This document shows positions 19,414 through 29,023 of a stretch of 64,000 nt of DNA, piece after piece. A program made the translations under genes and the position numbers. Source of the DNA: Dehalococcoidia bacterium (GTDB lineage Bacteria > Chloroflexota > Dehalococcoidia > DSTF01 > JACRBR01). The notes under the pieces were generated by a model, which saw only the letters and a program-made list of their open reading frames with translations, ran no database searches and was not told the origin of the DNA. Location: positions 457 through 64,456 of the forward strand of contig JBBRPY010000005.1 in the NCBI GenBank assembly GCA_038227375.1, written 5' to 3'. The stretch's first letter is position 1, and every line of letters begins with the position of its first letter.

Positions 19414-20366
19414 CAGGTCCGTGCCGCTGCGGGAGCGGGTTCGGCGGCCGGCTTCACGGCGCGCACCCAGTGCGCGTACTTCGAGTTGCGGCCCCGCAGC
19501 ACGTCAAAGAACAGCTCCTGCAGCTTCTTCGTGATCGGCCCGATCGTCCCGTCGCCGACCGCGCGGCGGTCGACCTCCGTCACCGGCGAGAGGTGCGCTG
19601 CCGTGCCGGTAAGGAAGCACTCATCGGCGATGTACAGCTCCGAGCGGTCCATCGTCCGCTCGATCACCTCAAGGCCCAGCTCTTCCTTCGCGAGCGTGAA
19701 CACCGACTCGAGCGTGATGCCCTCGAGCACGTTATCGCTCCGTGCGGGCGTGATCAGCTTGCCGTGGCGCACGATCACCAGGTTCTCGCCAGAGCCCTCG
19801 GACACGTGGCCGTCGTCGTTGAGCATGATCGCTTCGTCGTAGCCGTTCTCGATCGCTTCGGTTTTCGCGAGCGCCGAATTCACGTACAACCCGTTCACCT
19901 TCGCCCGCGCCGGAATCGCCGTATCCGGCACACGCCGCCAGGTCGATGTCTGGCAGCGAATGCCGGCGTCAAGGTCGAGGTAGTTGCCGAACGGGATGGC
20001 GAAGAGCATGAAGTCGGAATCGACGCCGTCGAGCCGCGGTCCGATCACCTCCCCGCTCTTGTAGGCGATCGGACGGATGTAGGTGTCCTCGCGATACCCG
20101 CAGCGCTCGACCACGTCCGCGCAGATATCGCACAGCTCCTCGGCCGATTGCGGCAGGGCGATGCGCATGATCCGCGCCGAGTCCTTCAGCCGCTCGAAGT
20201 GCTTGTGCGGACGGAAGATCAGCGTGGCGCCGAGTTCGTCGCTCCAGTTGCCGCGAATGCCCTCGAACACGCCCGTCCCGTACATGAAGGCGTGGGTCAT
20301 TACCCCTACCTTCGCTTCCTCCAGCGGGACGATGCGCTTCTGGAGGTAGCAGTACGAGCCTGGCAT
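19413..20366 (-). CDS. ilvE: branched-chain amino acid aminotransferase
   Basis: MPGSYCYLQKRIVPLEEAKVGVMTHAFMYGTGVFEGIRG... is the class IV aminotransferase fold. Start taken at ATG 20364-20366. Confidence 0.9.
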   Translation of the reverse strand: MPGSYCYLQKRIVPLEEAKVGVMTHAFMYGTGVFEGIRGNWSDELGATLIFRPHKHFERLKDSARIMRIALPQSAEELCDICADVVERCGYREDTYIRPIAYKSGEVIGPRLDGVDSDFMLFAIPFGNYLDLDAGIRCQTSTWRRVPDTAIPARAKVNGLYVNSALAKTEAIENGYDEAIMLNDDGHVSEGSGENLVIVRHGKLITPARSDNVLEGITLESVFTLAKEELGLEVIERTMDRSELYIADECFLTGTAAHLSPVTEVDRRAVGDGTIGPITKKLQELFFDVLRGRNSKYAHWVRAVKPAAEPAPAAART

Positions 20367-20561
20367 GTGGGCGTCCTTTCTGTGTCGGGGAATGTGCCCA
20401 TGATAGGCGACAAGGCAGAATTGCAGCAAACGCCGGGCACGTCGGGTGCGAAAACAGCAACTGCGTTTGGGCGTCGACTCCCGCGGTGCCTATGTGCGCA
20501 GCCCTGCCTGCAATACGGTGGGCTCCTTGCGTAGTTTCCGTGCCTGTGACACGATCCGCCG

Positions 20562-21164
20562 GTGGCGAGCTACATCGAACGTGCGACCCTTCATCCCCGG
20601 GGCTGGAACGAGCAGGTCATTCTGCCCTACGGCCTCCGCGGCTCGGAGATCAAGGCGGCGATCGATGACATCTACGACTTCGTCCACAACATCAACCGAT
20701 TTCTCGTCGAGCGGGGATGGGATCGGTTGGAAGAGACGCTGTCCGCCGCCACGTTCAGCGGCGTCATGAGCGAGCTCGTCGTTGAAGGTGTGTCCAAACG
20801 CAGCGCGACGATCATCAAGAACCAGTATCACAACGGCCGGCCGGATCTCATCCCACGAGGGATGTACCCGGAAGAGCGTTGCCATCGCGGCGGGGATGGG
20901 ATCGAGGTGAAGGCCTCGCGCTGGTCAAATGGCTGGCAAGGTCACGACCGGATCATGTGCGCGGTTCTGACGGAAGATGATTGGAGCTTTTCCGGGCGTG
21001 GCGCGACGAGCAGGCGGACACCCACCGCATCGATCAAACGCGCCGGCGTGGCGAACCTCGAAGCGAACGCGATTTATCTGGATCCGACATACGTTGCGCG
21101 CCCGACGCCGAGGAAGAAGACTCAGGTAGTGATAACTGAGACAGAGCCGGAATCGCCGACGTAG
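20562..21164 (+). CDS. Type II restriction endonuclease candidate (PD-(D/E)XK)
   Basis: 200 aa with GRPDLIP...GIEVKAS (a PD...EVK catalytic motif). Low-GC gene. Convergent with the MTase and overlapping it by 131 bp. Confidence 0.6.
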   Translation: MASYIERATLHPRGWNEQVILPYGLRGSEIKAAIDDIYDFVHNINRFLVERGWDRLEETLSAATFSGVMSELVVEGVSKRSATIIKNQYHNGRPDLIPRGMYPEERCHRGGDGIEVKASRWSNGWQGHDRIMCAVLTEDDWSFSGRGATSRRTPTASIKRAGVANLEANAIYLDPTYVARPTPRKKTQVVITETEPESPT

Positions 21165-22026
21165 CGAGCGTCACGTAATCCGGGTCTACCTCAACCCCCA
21201 CTCCCCGATAACCAACCGCCTCACACGCCGCCAGCGTCGAGCCGCTGCCCGCGAATGGGTCCAGGACGGTGCCTTCGCCCAGCGGCAGGGCGGCGCGAAC
21301 GACTTGCCGTAAGAATGCCTGGGGCTTGAGGCTCGGGTGCGGCGCTAGCCGCCGTTCGTCCGGCCGCGTCGGCCGGCTGAGAATGACATCGAGAAACGGT
21401 CCGGATTCCAACCGGCGCAAACCGCCGGTGCGCCACTTCCGCAGATTTTCCGCAACCGTCCCTTCACATGGCTTACGGAAGATCACCCACGGTTCCCAGG
21501 CGGAGCGTGGCATCACCGTCACATCCGTGAACTCATCTTCCGCGTTCTTCGGCCGATCGCCGCCACGAAGCGTCTGCGTCAGCCGCACGATTTCGCCGCG
21601 CTTCTCGAACGCCGCGTCCACCATCGCCTGCGACACCACATACGACAACAGAGGGCTCGTAGCGATGAAGACGTGTGCACCGGGCACGAGCTTTGGCCTG
21701 AGGAGTTCGCCCCACTCCCTGAAGAAGTCATACATCGCCGCGATATCACGATTGTCCAACACGGTGAACCGAGGCACGGGCGCGCGCTTGTGACCGCCGA
21801 TCGACGATGGGATCCGCCACACGCCGCCGCGCCCTTGCCGAAGCTTTTTGATCTGCTCCGGCGTGTACTCAAGCATGCCGTACGGCGGATCAGTAACGAC
21901 CGCCTCGAACGAGGCCTCCGCCTGCTCGGCAAGCCAACGCATGCAGTCGCCCTCGTGCAGTTGTACGAGCCCAGAGGGCGACACGATGACGCGTGAGACG
22001 GATTGCTGCTCGCGCGGCTGATTCAA
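21034..22026 (-). CDS. DNA methyltransferase (beta-class N6-adenine/N4-cytosine; DPPY)
   Basis: Motif IV TDPPYG lies before motif I DPFAGSGSTLAA, the beta-class permutation. N-terminal LHEGDCMRWL. Confidence 0.85.
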   Translation of the reverse strand: MNQPREQQSVSRVIVSPSGLVQLHEGDCMRWLAEQAEASFEAVVTDPPYGMLEYTPEQIKKLRQGRGGVWRIPSSIGGHKRAPVPRFTVLDNRDIAAMYDFFREWGELLRPKLVPGAHVFIATSPLLSYVVSQAMVDAAFEKRGEIVRLTQTLRGGDRPKNAEDEFTDVTVMPRSAWEPWVIFRKPCEGTVAENLRKWRTGGLRRLESGPFLDVILSRPTRPDERRLAPHPSLKPQAFLRQVVRAALPLGEGTVLDPFAGSGSTLAACEAVGYRGVGVEVDPDYVTLATSAIPALSQLSLPESSSSASGAQRMSDPDKSRSLRGSPRRRV

Positions 22027-22239
22027 CGAGGACTCCGTTCAGAAGATATGTTCGATTGTAGCGTCCGGCATCCGCTCCGTCTATCTGATCGCCGGACACT
22101 GCGCCCACTCGGGCTTCGGCCGCATCATACCGGCCGAGGGCAAGCGCTACTGGTGGGCGCTGTGACGGCGCAACGCGGCCGATATCGTCGTGGGGCAGGA
22201 AGGGCTACGAACGCGCGCGGCCGGTGGGTCGGCCGCGGT

Positions 22240-22968
22240 TCAGCTTCGCCTAGCTACCGTGGGACTCGTGCATGCCAACTGAACAGGCGCGCGCGGCGGC
22301 GCGGCGGGCGTCCCGGCATCCGTGCGAGGGCGCGACCGCTTCGGCGGCATAAGGACACGAATGTCGGTCAATTCGCCCTTGGCGTTCCGGACCTCGATGC
22401 GATCGATGGAGGTAAAGCGCTTCGCGATGTCCCTCCAGATCACCATCGTGTTCCGATGACGGTACATCCCGACGATAATCACGCCGCCGTCTTCGAGCAT
22501 GTTAACGTAACGTTCGAGGACAGCGATCGGGTGTTTCGCATAGTAGAGCGTGTCGTTGAAGACGATGACGTGAAACTTCGCGTCTGTTTGCCATCGGGAA
22601 AAGTCGCCGACGCCAAACGAGACATTGGGCAGGGGCCGGGAATGCGCCCTCGCGATCGCCTCCGCTGAAACGTCTATCCCGAAGTAGTGATCAACCCCAG
22701 AAGTGTGAAGTTCCGCGATCAGGCGTCCATACCCGCAGCCCACGTCGAGGACTGTAGGCGCAGCTGAGTAATTCCTGATGTACGAGGCGATGACGGCGTA
22801 CCTCGGCATCTCGTCCATCGTCTCGAAATTGTCCCAGTGGCCCGTTCGGTATTGCGCGTTCCAAGTGCTTACGGACGTTGGCCGACCCTGCCCACGTGGG
22901 CCGAGGAAGACGTGATAGTAGGCAAGACCCACAACCTGATACAGCTGGCTAAGCAGATTGCGAATCAT
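22240..22968 (-). CDS. class I SAM-dependent methyltransferase
   Basis: VLDVGCGYGRLIAEL (motif I) and IIVGMY. Start taken at MIRNLLSQ (ATG 22966-22968). Confidence 0.7.
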   Translation of the reverse strand: MIRNLLSQLYQVVGLAYYHVFLGPRGQGRPTSVSTWNAQYRTGHWDNFETMDEMPRYAVIASYIRNYSAAPTVLDVGCGYGRLIAELHTSGVDHYFGIDVSAEAIARAHSRPLPNVSFGVGDFSRWQTDAKFHVIVFNDTLYYAKHPIAVLERYVNMLEDGGVIIVGMYRHRNTMVIWRDIAKRFTSIDRIEVRNAKGELTDIRVLMPPKRSRPRTDAGTPAAPPRAPVQLACTSPTVARRS

Positions 22969-24016
22969 CGAACCCTCTCGCGGATGATACGCCTCCACTG
23001 ATGCCGACGGATCCACCGTCGCTTCTCTCGCCGCGCAGGCGGAACACGTCGCCCAAACTGACACCCATGAACACCATCGCGATCAGTCCGAGCCCCATAT
23101 TGAACGCGGTCACGAAGATATGTGAACCGACGGCGTAGGCAAGCGCGCGATCTGCCGGAACGCCGTACAGCGCGAAAACGCCGAGCACCGCGAACTCCCA
23201 GGTGCCGATGTTTCCGAACGTAATCGGGAACGTCGTGATGACGGCCAGAGCCACCGTCACCGACACATAGGCAGAGAACGGCAAGCTCAGGTTAAACGCA
23301 TTCCCGTACGACCAATTGATGAGAAGGTCGATGCCCCAGCCGACGAGGCCGACCAACAGAAGAATGCCGAACAGCCGCGGCCGGCGGATCACCTCGAAGC
23401 CGTCGTGGAACCGCGGCCATTGCTGCTCGAGGCTGGTGTATACACGGTGCGGGAGCCGTCGCAGCAGTTGCCATTCGGGCAGGATATTGGGGAGCATCCG
23501 GCTCCCGATCACGGCGCCGAAAGAGGCGACGGCGCAGGCGGCGGCCAGCACCCACAACAACGGCTGATTTTGAGAGCTAACGCCTCCGCGGGCCACTGCA
23601 ACGCTGAGCAGCACAAAGCCCACGAACATCGTGGCGTTGACGACGGCCTCACTGCCACGCCCCGCGACGAGCCCGGCCCGCGGCAGCGAGTAGCGGTTCG
23701 CAACAATCTGAAGCTTGGCGACATCGCCGAGGTTCGCCGGAACGACGGCATTTACGAGCGTGCCGATGAGCAGCGCACCGAACAGTCCGATGATCGGCGC
23801 CCTGCCGACTTTCGTGAGCAGGGTCTGCCACTCCCACGCATTGATCGCACGCGCCGCGATGTACACGAGCAGCGCCACGCCCAACCACTCATACCGAACG
23901 CCGGAAAAGGCGCTCGCCAGGTTTGCCAGGTTCAGTTGCCAGGCGGCGAGCGAGACGAGCGTGACGGCGATCAAGATCTGCGTGAGCCACGTGTTGCGGA
24001 GCATTCGTCGAGTCAC
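22949..24016 (-). CDS. lysylphosphatidylglycerol synthase TM-region / flippase-like (UPF0104) membrane protein
   Basis: 355 aa with ~8 TM helices. Flippase-like domain only, with no synthase domain. Confidence 0.65.
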   Translation of the reverse strand: MTRRMLRNTWLTQILIAVTLVSLAAWQLNLANLASAFSGVRYEWLGVALLVYIAARAINAWEWQTLLTKVGRAPIIGLFGALLIGTLVNAVVPANLGDVAKLQIVANRYSLPRAGLVAGRGSEAVVNATMFVGFVLLSVAVARGGVSSQNQPLLWVLAAACAVASFGAVIGSRMLPNILPEWQLLRRLPHRVYTSLEQQWPRFHDGFEVIRRPRLFGILLLVGLVGWGIDLLINWSYGNAFNLSLPFSAYVSVTVALAVITTFPITFGNIGTWEFAVLGVFALYGVPADRALAYAVGSHIFVTAFNMGLGLIAMVFMGVSLGDVFRLRGERSDGGSVGISGGVSSARGFDDSQSA

Positions 24017-24283
24017 GTTGTTGCGGCGGCCCCGGGCCGACCGGAGGGGGTGCGTGCCGGCCTATCACCTGCGCGAGGCTGCCCATCCTCCATAGGAAAC
24101 TCCGGCTGGCGATCGAGAGGCGCTTCCTCGAACCCGCACACGCGCGCGAAAACATCGTACGGCCCGCCGCAGCTCTCGGCCGCGTTCAGCTCGCTTGCTA
24201 CTCTACCCTGCGGCGGTAGAGGCAGCAACGGGCAGGCACGGTAGCCGCATCGCATTTGCCGGAGGCATTCGCGGGCGCAACAC

Positions 24284-25165
24284 TTATTGCCCTGCGCCGG
24301 AGTGTTCCGGCGCCGCCGTCACGCCCGCCAGCTCCGGGTGGCCGGACCACACCCACGCCAGATCCGTCCGGCTGCAGCCCATCAGCACCCCGTGCAGCGT
24401 CGATGGGTGCAGGAAGATGCCCTCGGGGTTCGGGCTCTGCGGGTCGCGGCCGGCGTAGCGCATGCCGTGCGCGTCGAGCCGCCGGACGATCGGCGCGATC
24501 TCTTCCGCTTCGATGTAGCACATGTACAGCGTCTCGCCGCCGCGGCGCGTCTTGAAGCGGCCCATCGGCCGCGTCTCGTCTGTGATCTGCGACAGTTCGA
24601 TGCGGTCGAGGCGCTGCGGCGGATTGAACATGGTGAGGTGGCCGGCGTAGCCGTACTGCTTGCTGGCGATCGGCACGAAGTTCGACGCGTCCAGCCCGAA
24701 CCGGTCGGCGTAGAACGCCGCGGCGGCGCCGGCGTCGTCGATCAGGTTCGTCGCCTCGTACAGATAGCGCATCAGCCCCACCTGCGGGCGGGCGGCCTCG
24801 GGCGAGATGACCATCCGCAGCCCCGGTGTCTGGTTCGGCGCGATGAAGAGCTGCTGGCCCTCCTCGGAGAATTGGACGCCCTTCGACGACAGCCGCTTTG
24901 CGAGGCCGCTCAGGTCGTTGGTCGAGAATCCGGCGGCGAACAGGCCCTCGCCCCAGGCTGCGAGGTAGGCCTGCACGGGACCGTCGCCACTCGGTTCCAG
25001 CAGCTCGAACTCGCTCGTGCCGGCGTGCACGACGCGGCGCTTCGCCCCGAGCGCGCGCACCTCATCGTCGCGCACCAATTCTGCGTCAAAGATGTCGATG
25101 AAGGTCTGCGCCGCGGCCACGCGGTCCGTCACGGCGATCTGGATGCGGTCGACGTGCTCGAGCAT
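24284..25165 (-). CDS. VOC family protein (two glyoxalase/dioxygenase-like domains)
   Basis: Two repeated beta-alpha-beta(3) modules. A 7-bp-stem hairpin CTCTACC-N7-GGTAGAG lies ~70 nt downstream. Confidence 0.7.
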   Translation of the reverse strand: MLEHVDRIQIAVTDRVAAAQTFIDIFDAELVRDDEVRALGAKRRVVHAGTSEFELLEPSGDGPVQAYLAAWGEGLFAAGFSTNDLSGLAKRLSSKGVQFSEEGQQLFIAPNQTPGLRMVISPEAARPQVGLMRYLYEATNLIDDAGAAAAFYADRFGLDASNFVPIASKQYGYAGHLTMFNPPQRLDRIELSQITDETRPMGRFKTRRGGETLYMCYIEAEEIAPIVRRLDAHGMRYAGRDPQSPNPEGIFLHPSTLHGVLMGCSRTDLAWVWSGHPELAGVTAAPEHSGAGQ

Positions 25166-25309
25166 GGTCTCCTCCTCGCTGTCTGCCGTAGGAGCGCATG
25201 CTAGCCCGACAGGCGGCTCGCGTGCAATCGCGCCTTCGGCCCCGCATCGTGACAGATCGTGCGTACAATGTGTGCTGGAGCATCTGCCGATTAACCAAGG
25301 AGCCCCGCC

Positions 25310-26311
25310 ATGACCAGCCAGACACCCCCCGAACCCCCTTCCCGCATAGCGAGCGAGGGTGGCCTTGCCGCCGTTGTCCGCTGGCTGCTCACTATCTTCG
25401 CATTCATCCTGCTCATACCGCCCTGGGGGTTTCTGGTCTGGTTCTATTCAGTCAAGATCGTCTCGGAATACGAGCGCGGCGTCATCTTTCGCCTCGGCCG
25501 CCTCGTCGGAGCGCGCGGACCCGGCCTGTTCGTCATCATGCCCATCGTTGACCGGATGGTGAAGATGGACCTGCGCACCGTGACCATGGACGTGCCCAGC
25601 CAGGAGTGCATCACGCGCGACAACGTCACCGTGAAGGTGAACGCCGTGATCTACTTCCGCGTCGTCAACCCGGAAGATGCGGTGACGAAGGTGATTGACC
25701 ACTTCCGCGCGACGTCGCAGATCGCCCAGACGACGCTGCGCAGTGTGCTCGGGCAGTCGCTGCTCGATGACCTGCTCTCCGAGCGCGAGCAGATCAACAG
25801 CCGGCTCCAGACCATCATCGACGAGCAGACGGAGCCGTGGGGCGTGAAGGTCTCGACCGTCGAGGTGAAGGACGTCGAGCTACCGCAGACGATGCAGCGC
25901 GCGATGGCACGTCAGGCGGAAGCCGAGCGCGAGCGGCGCGCGAAGGTGATCAACGCCGACGGTGAGCTGCAGGCGTCGGAACGCCTCGCCGAGGCCGGCC
26001 GCATCATGTCCGAGAACCCGGCGACGTTGCAGCTCCGCTTTCTGCAAACGCTGTCGGAGGTGGCGACGGAGAAGAACAGCACGATCGTCTTCCCGGTGCC
26101 CGTGGACCTGATCAATCTCCTCACGACGAACCTGCGCGCGAACGGCGGCGGAGGCGGAGATGGCGCGCGGCCGCGCGTACGCGTGGGCGCGCCAGCGGAA
26201 GGCCGCGCAGGCGAAGCGCCAACTGGCGGCGATAGTGATCCGCTGGCGACGCCCGCGTCCGGCCCGCTGCCGCCCGTCGAGCCGCCGTCACGCGAGGGCA
26301 CCATCAGTTAG
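25310..26311 (+). CDS. SPFH/band-7 (stomatin-like) membrane protein
   Basis: N-terminal TM segment, then an SPFH core ([12 protein letters not shown]...[17 protein letters not shown]) and a coiled-coil tail. Confidence 0.85.
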   Translation: MTSQTPPEPPSRIASEGGLAAVVRWLLTIFAFILLIPPWGFLVWFYSVKIVSEYERGVIFRLGRLVGARGPGLFVIMPIVDRMVKMDLRTVTMDVPSQECITRDNVTVKVNAVIYFRVVNPEDAVTKVIDHFRATSQIAQTTLRSVLGQSLLDDLLSEREQINSRLQTIIDEQTEPWGVKVSTVEVKDVELPQTMQRAMARQAEAERERRAKVINADGELQASERLAEAGRIMSENPATLQLRFLQTLSEVATEKNSTIVFPVPVDLINLLTTNLRANGGGGGDGARPRVRVGAPAEGRAGEAPTGGDSDPLATPASGPLPPVEPPSREGTIS

Positions 26312-26314
26312 CCG

Positions 26315-26389
26315 GGCCCTCACCCTCTCCGCGACGAGTCTGCGACCGCCCATTCGGGCACCCCTCTCCCACAAGGGGCGAGGGGGATC
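26315..26389. repeat. REP-like hairpin element, direct copy
   Basis: GGCCCTCACCCTCTCCGCGACGAGTCTGCGACCGCCCATTCGGGCACCCCTCTCCCACAAGGGGCGAGGGGGATC, closely matching 56426-56475 and, inverted, 1458-1507. Confidence 0.5.
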
Positions 26390-26410
26390 AGCACGGGCTC
26401 GCATCGAGCA

Positions 26411-26641
26411 TCAGGCCCGAGAGTCGGGCCGGGTGCCGTAGCGGACGGCGAGGCCGACGGCGGCGTAGACCGCGATCGACGCCAGGATGACGACAGTCAG
26501 CTCCGGACCCCAGGCGATGGCGCCGCGGTCGAAGAGGGCGATCGCGGAGATGCCGACGGCGAAACGCAAGACGCAGAAGAGGATCACCAATCGGAAGATG
26601 CGCCGGACCTGCGCGCGAAAGCGGTGCCACGTTCCGGACAT
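26411..26641 (-). CDS. small hypothetical membrane protein (2 TM)
   Basis: 76 aa. The hydrophobic helices are plausible but there are no motifs. Confidence 0.35.
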   Translation of the reverse strand: MSGTWHRFRAQVRRIFRLVILFCVLRFAVGISAIALFDRGAIAWGPELTVVILASIAVYAAVGLAVRYGTRPDSRA

Positions 26642-26673
26642 GGTCCGAGTATAGCGGCGAAAGAAAGCCCGGC

Positions 26674-27468
26674 ATGCCCCTGATCACCGCTAACGGCATC
26701 GAGCTCTACTATCGGGACGACGGCGCGCGGCCGCCGGTCCTCTTCATCCAGGGCCTCGGGGTCGATCACCGCGGCTGGTCCGGCGTGACGCGGCCACTGT
26801 CGCAGCGCTACCGCTGCATCAGCTACGACAACCGCGATGTCGGGCGCTCAGCGCAGACCGCGGCGGCGTACGACGTGACCGACTTGGCGGCGGATGCGCT
26901 CGCCTTGCTCGACGCGCTGGCGGTCGAGCGCGCCGATATCGTCGGCGTCTCGATGGGCGGCGTCATCGCGCAGGAGATCGCCATCCGCCGGCCCGCGCGC
27001 GTTGGGAAGCTTGCGCTCGTCAGCACGTACACCAGCGGCGACCCGCGCGGCAGCGCCATCTTCGAGAGCCAGGCGATGCTTCGGCGAGTCCTGCCGCGCG
27101 AGGAGTATCTGCGCGCGACGTTCTGGAGCGTCTACAGCCACGAAGACTATCGCCGTGAAGGCTTCGTCGACGAGATGGTGTCGCGCACAGCGGCCAATGA
27201 GCTCTGGCAACCGCAGGATGCCTACGAGCGCCACGTCCGCGCCGTCACCAGCGTCAACACCGAGGGCCGGCTGAGCAAGATCGCCGCGCCGACGCTCGTG
27301 CTCGTGGGCGCGCAAGACATCCTGACGCCGATGCGCTTCGCGTCAATCCTGGCGCGCGACATCCCCAACAGCCGCCTGGAGGTGGTGGAAGGCGCCGGCC
27401 ACGGCCTGATCTGGAGCCACGCCGGCGTGGTGGCGGAGATCCTCGAAGGATTCCTGAGCGAGCCGTAG
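26674..27468 (+). CDS. alpha/beta hydrolase
   Basis: GVSMGG nucleophile elbow and an HGXP-like N-terminus. 264 aa. Confidence 0.8.
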   Translation: MPLITANGIELYYRDDGARPPVLFIQGLGVDHRGWSGVTRPLSQRYRCISYDNRDVGRSAQTAAAYDVTDLAADALALLDALAVERADIVGVSMGGVIAQEIAIRRPARVGKLALVSTYTSGDPRGSAIFESQAMLRRVLPREEYLRATFWSVYSHEDYRREGFVDEMVSRTAANELWQPQDAYERHVRAVTSVNTEGRLSKIAAPTLVLVGAQDILTPMRFASILARDIPNSRLEVVEGAGHGLIWSHAGVVAEILEGFLSEP

Positions 27469-27502
27469 TCACGCGGCGCAGCGCCGCAGGTGGTAAACAT
27501 CG

Positions 27503-27985
27503 ATGGCGCATCTACAGGTCCGCAAGCACATTGCCGCGACGCCGGAAGCCGTCTGGGACGTGCTCGCCGACCTCGAACATCAGGCCGCGTGGATGGTGGA
27601 CGTCCGCAAACTTCAGATCGTTACGCAGAAGCAGCGCGGCGTTGGCGTCATCATGCATGTGACCAGCGCGCTGTTTGGCCTGCCCGTCGTCAGAGACATC
27701 ATGGAGATCACCGCATGGCAGCCGCCGCACCGGATGGATGTCGAACATCGCGGCCAGTTTCACGGCAGCGGCAGCTTCGTCATCGAGCGCTCCGGCCAGG
27801 GCGTCGAGTTCGTCTGGACGGAGGCGTTTCAGCCGCCGCTCGGCGTGTTGGGTGAGGCAGTCTTCGCGCTCCTCGTGCGCCCGCATCTGCGCATGGTCTT
27901 CGCCCGCTCGATGGAGAATGTCCGTCGGATCGCCGAAGCGCATGTAGACGCACCTGAGATCAAACCGCGGGGCCGCGCGACGTAG
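27503..27985 (+). CDS. SRPBCC family protein (polyketide cyclase/dehydrase-like)
   Basis: 160 aa. START/Bet v1-like pattern (AAPEAVWDVLADLE...). Confidence 0.7.
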   Translation: MAHLQVRKHIAATPEAVWDVLADLEHQAAWMVDVRKLQIVTQKQRGVGVIMHVTSALFGLPVVRDIMEITAWQPPHRMDVEHRGQFHGSGSFVIERSGQGVEFVWTEAFQPPLGVLGEAVFALLVRPHLRMVFARSMENVRRIAEAHVDAPEIKPRGRAT

Positions 27986-28016
27986 CGGTGGAGAAGCGGC
28001 CGGGTGCACTTCGCGG

Positions 28017-28568
28017 CTATGCGCCCCCCGTCGGGGCGTCCAGCCAGCCGGCCATGCACTCCATGACGACGAAGGCGTTGCCGCCGCGGCGCGAGCGGCC
28101 GCAGACGCGGAATCCCGCCTTCTCGAACGAGCGTTGGGCGCGCACGTTCCAGTCAAGCGTCTTCAGGTAGATCCGGCGGAATCCGGTGGAACGGAAGATG
28201 TGGCGGACGAGCGTCTGCACGCTGTCCTTCCCGTAGCCCCTGCTCCAGCAGTCGCGCTCGCCGATCGTGATGCCGATCTCCGCCTCGCGCCGCACCGTAT
28301 CGATGTTGTAGTACATCGCGTTGCCGATATGCCGGCCTCCGGTGTCCTCGATCGCGAGGCTGCGGCGGTACGGGCTCGGGTACGCGAGCTCGTCGCGATA
28401 CAGCGACACGTAGTCGCTGTAGGTGGCGGCGAACGGGCGGGCGGCGTCATAGCGCGCGAGCTCGGCGTCGGTGCGCCAGCGAAAGTCGTCGCCCGCGTCG
28501 TCCAGCCGCTTCTCGCGCAGGATCACGAGCTCGCCCCGCGCGACCTCTCCTTCGATCGTCGTCGTCAC
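28017..28568 (-). CDS. GNAT family N-acetyltransferase
   Basis: RRGYGKDSV... acetyl-CoA binding motif. 183 aa. Confidence 0.8.
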   Translation of the reverse strand: MTTTIEGEVARGELVILREKRLDDAGDDFRWRTDAELARYDAARPFAATYSDYVSLYRDELAYPSPYRRSLAIEDTGGRHIGNAMYYNIDTVRREAEIGITIGERDCWSRGYGKDSVQTLVRHIFRSTGFRRIYLKTLDWNVRAQRSFEKAGFRVCGRSRRGGNAFVVMECMAGWLDAPTGGA

Positions 28569-29023
28569 GATGGTTCTTCCTCGATCACCTCGATCGCACG
28601 GCGGACGATCTGGACTTCATTGCGGTGCGTCATGATGCGCAACGCCTCTTCCGCGGGAAACCACTCGACCCGATCGTACTCGGCATCGTGCTCGCTGACA
28701 CTACCGCTTCCCGTCGGCCGCATCAGGTAGTGGTACACGGTCTTCTCGAAGCGCACGCCCTGCGCCGGCCGCGCGAAGCCATACTCGATGGTGCCGAGGT
28801 CGCCGACGATGGCGACGCCAAGTCCGGTCTCCTCGCTCACTTCCCGAAGCGCCGTCTGTTCGATCGATTCGTCGAGTTTGGGTGTGCCCTTCGGTAGCGC
28901 CCAGAGCCGCTCCGGCACACGCCCGCAGAGCACGATCTCGATCCCGTGCTCGCCTGCGCGGTAGACGACGCCGCCCGCTGAGACTGCCTGCTCCACACGC
29001 AAGTCGTAATTTCCCGTCGTCAC
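28565..29023 (-). CDS. NUDIX hydrolase
   Basis: Nudix box GTPKLDESIEQTALREVSEETG. Overlaps the GNAT gene by 4 nt. Confidence 0.8.
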   Translation of the reverse strand: MTTGNYDLRVEQAVSAGGVVYRAGEHGIEIVLCGRVPERLWALPKGTPKLDESIEQTALREVSEETGLGVAIVGDLGTIEYGFARPAQGVRFEKTVYHYLMRPTGSGSVSEHDAEYDRVEWFPAEEALRIMTHRNEVQIVRRAIEVIEEEPS

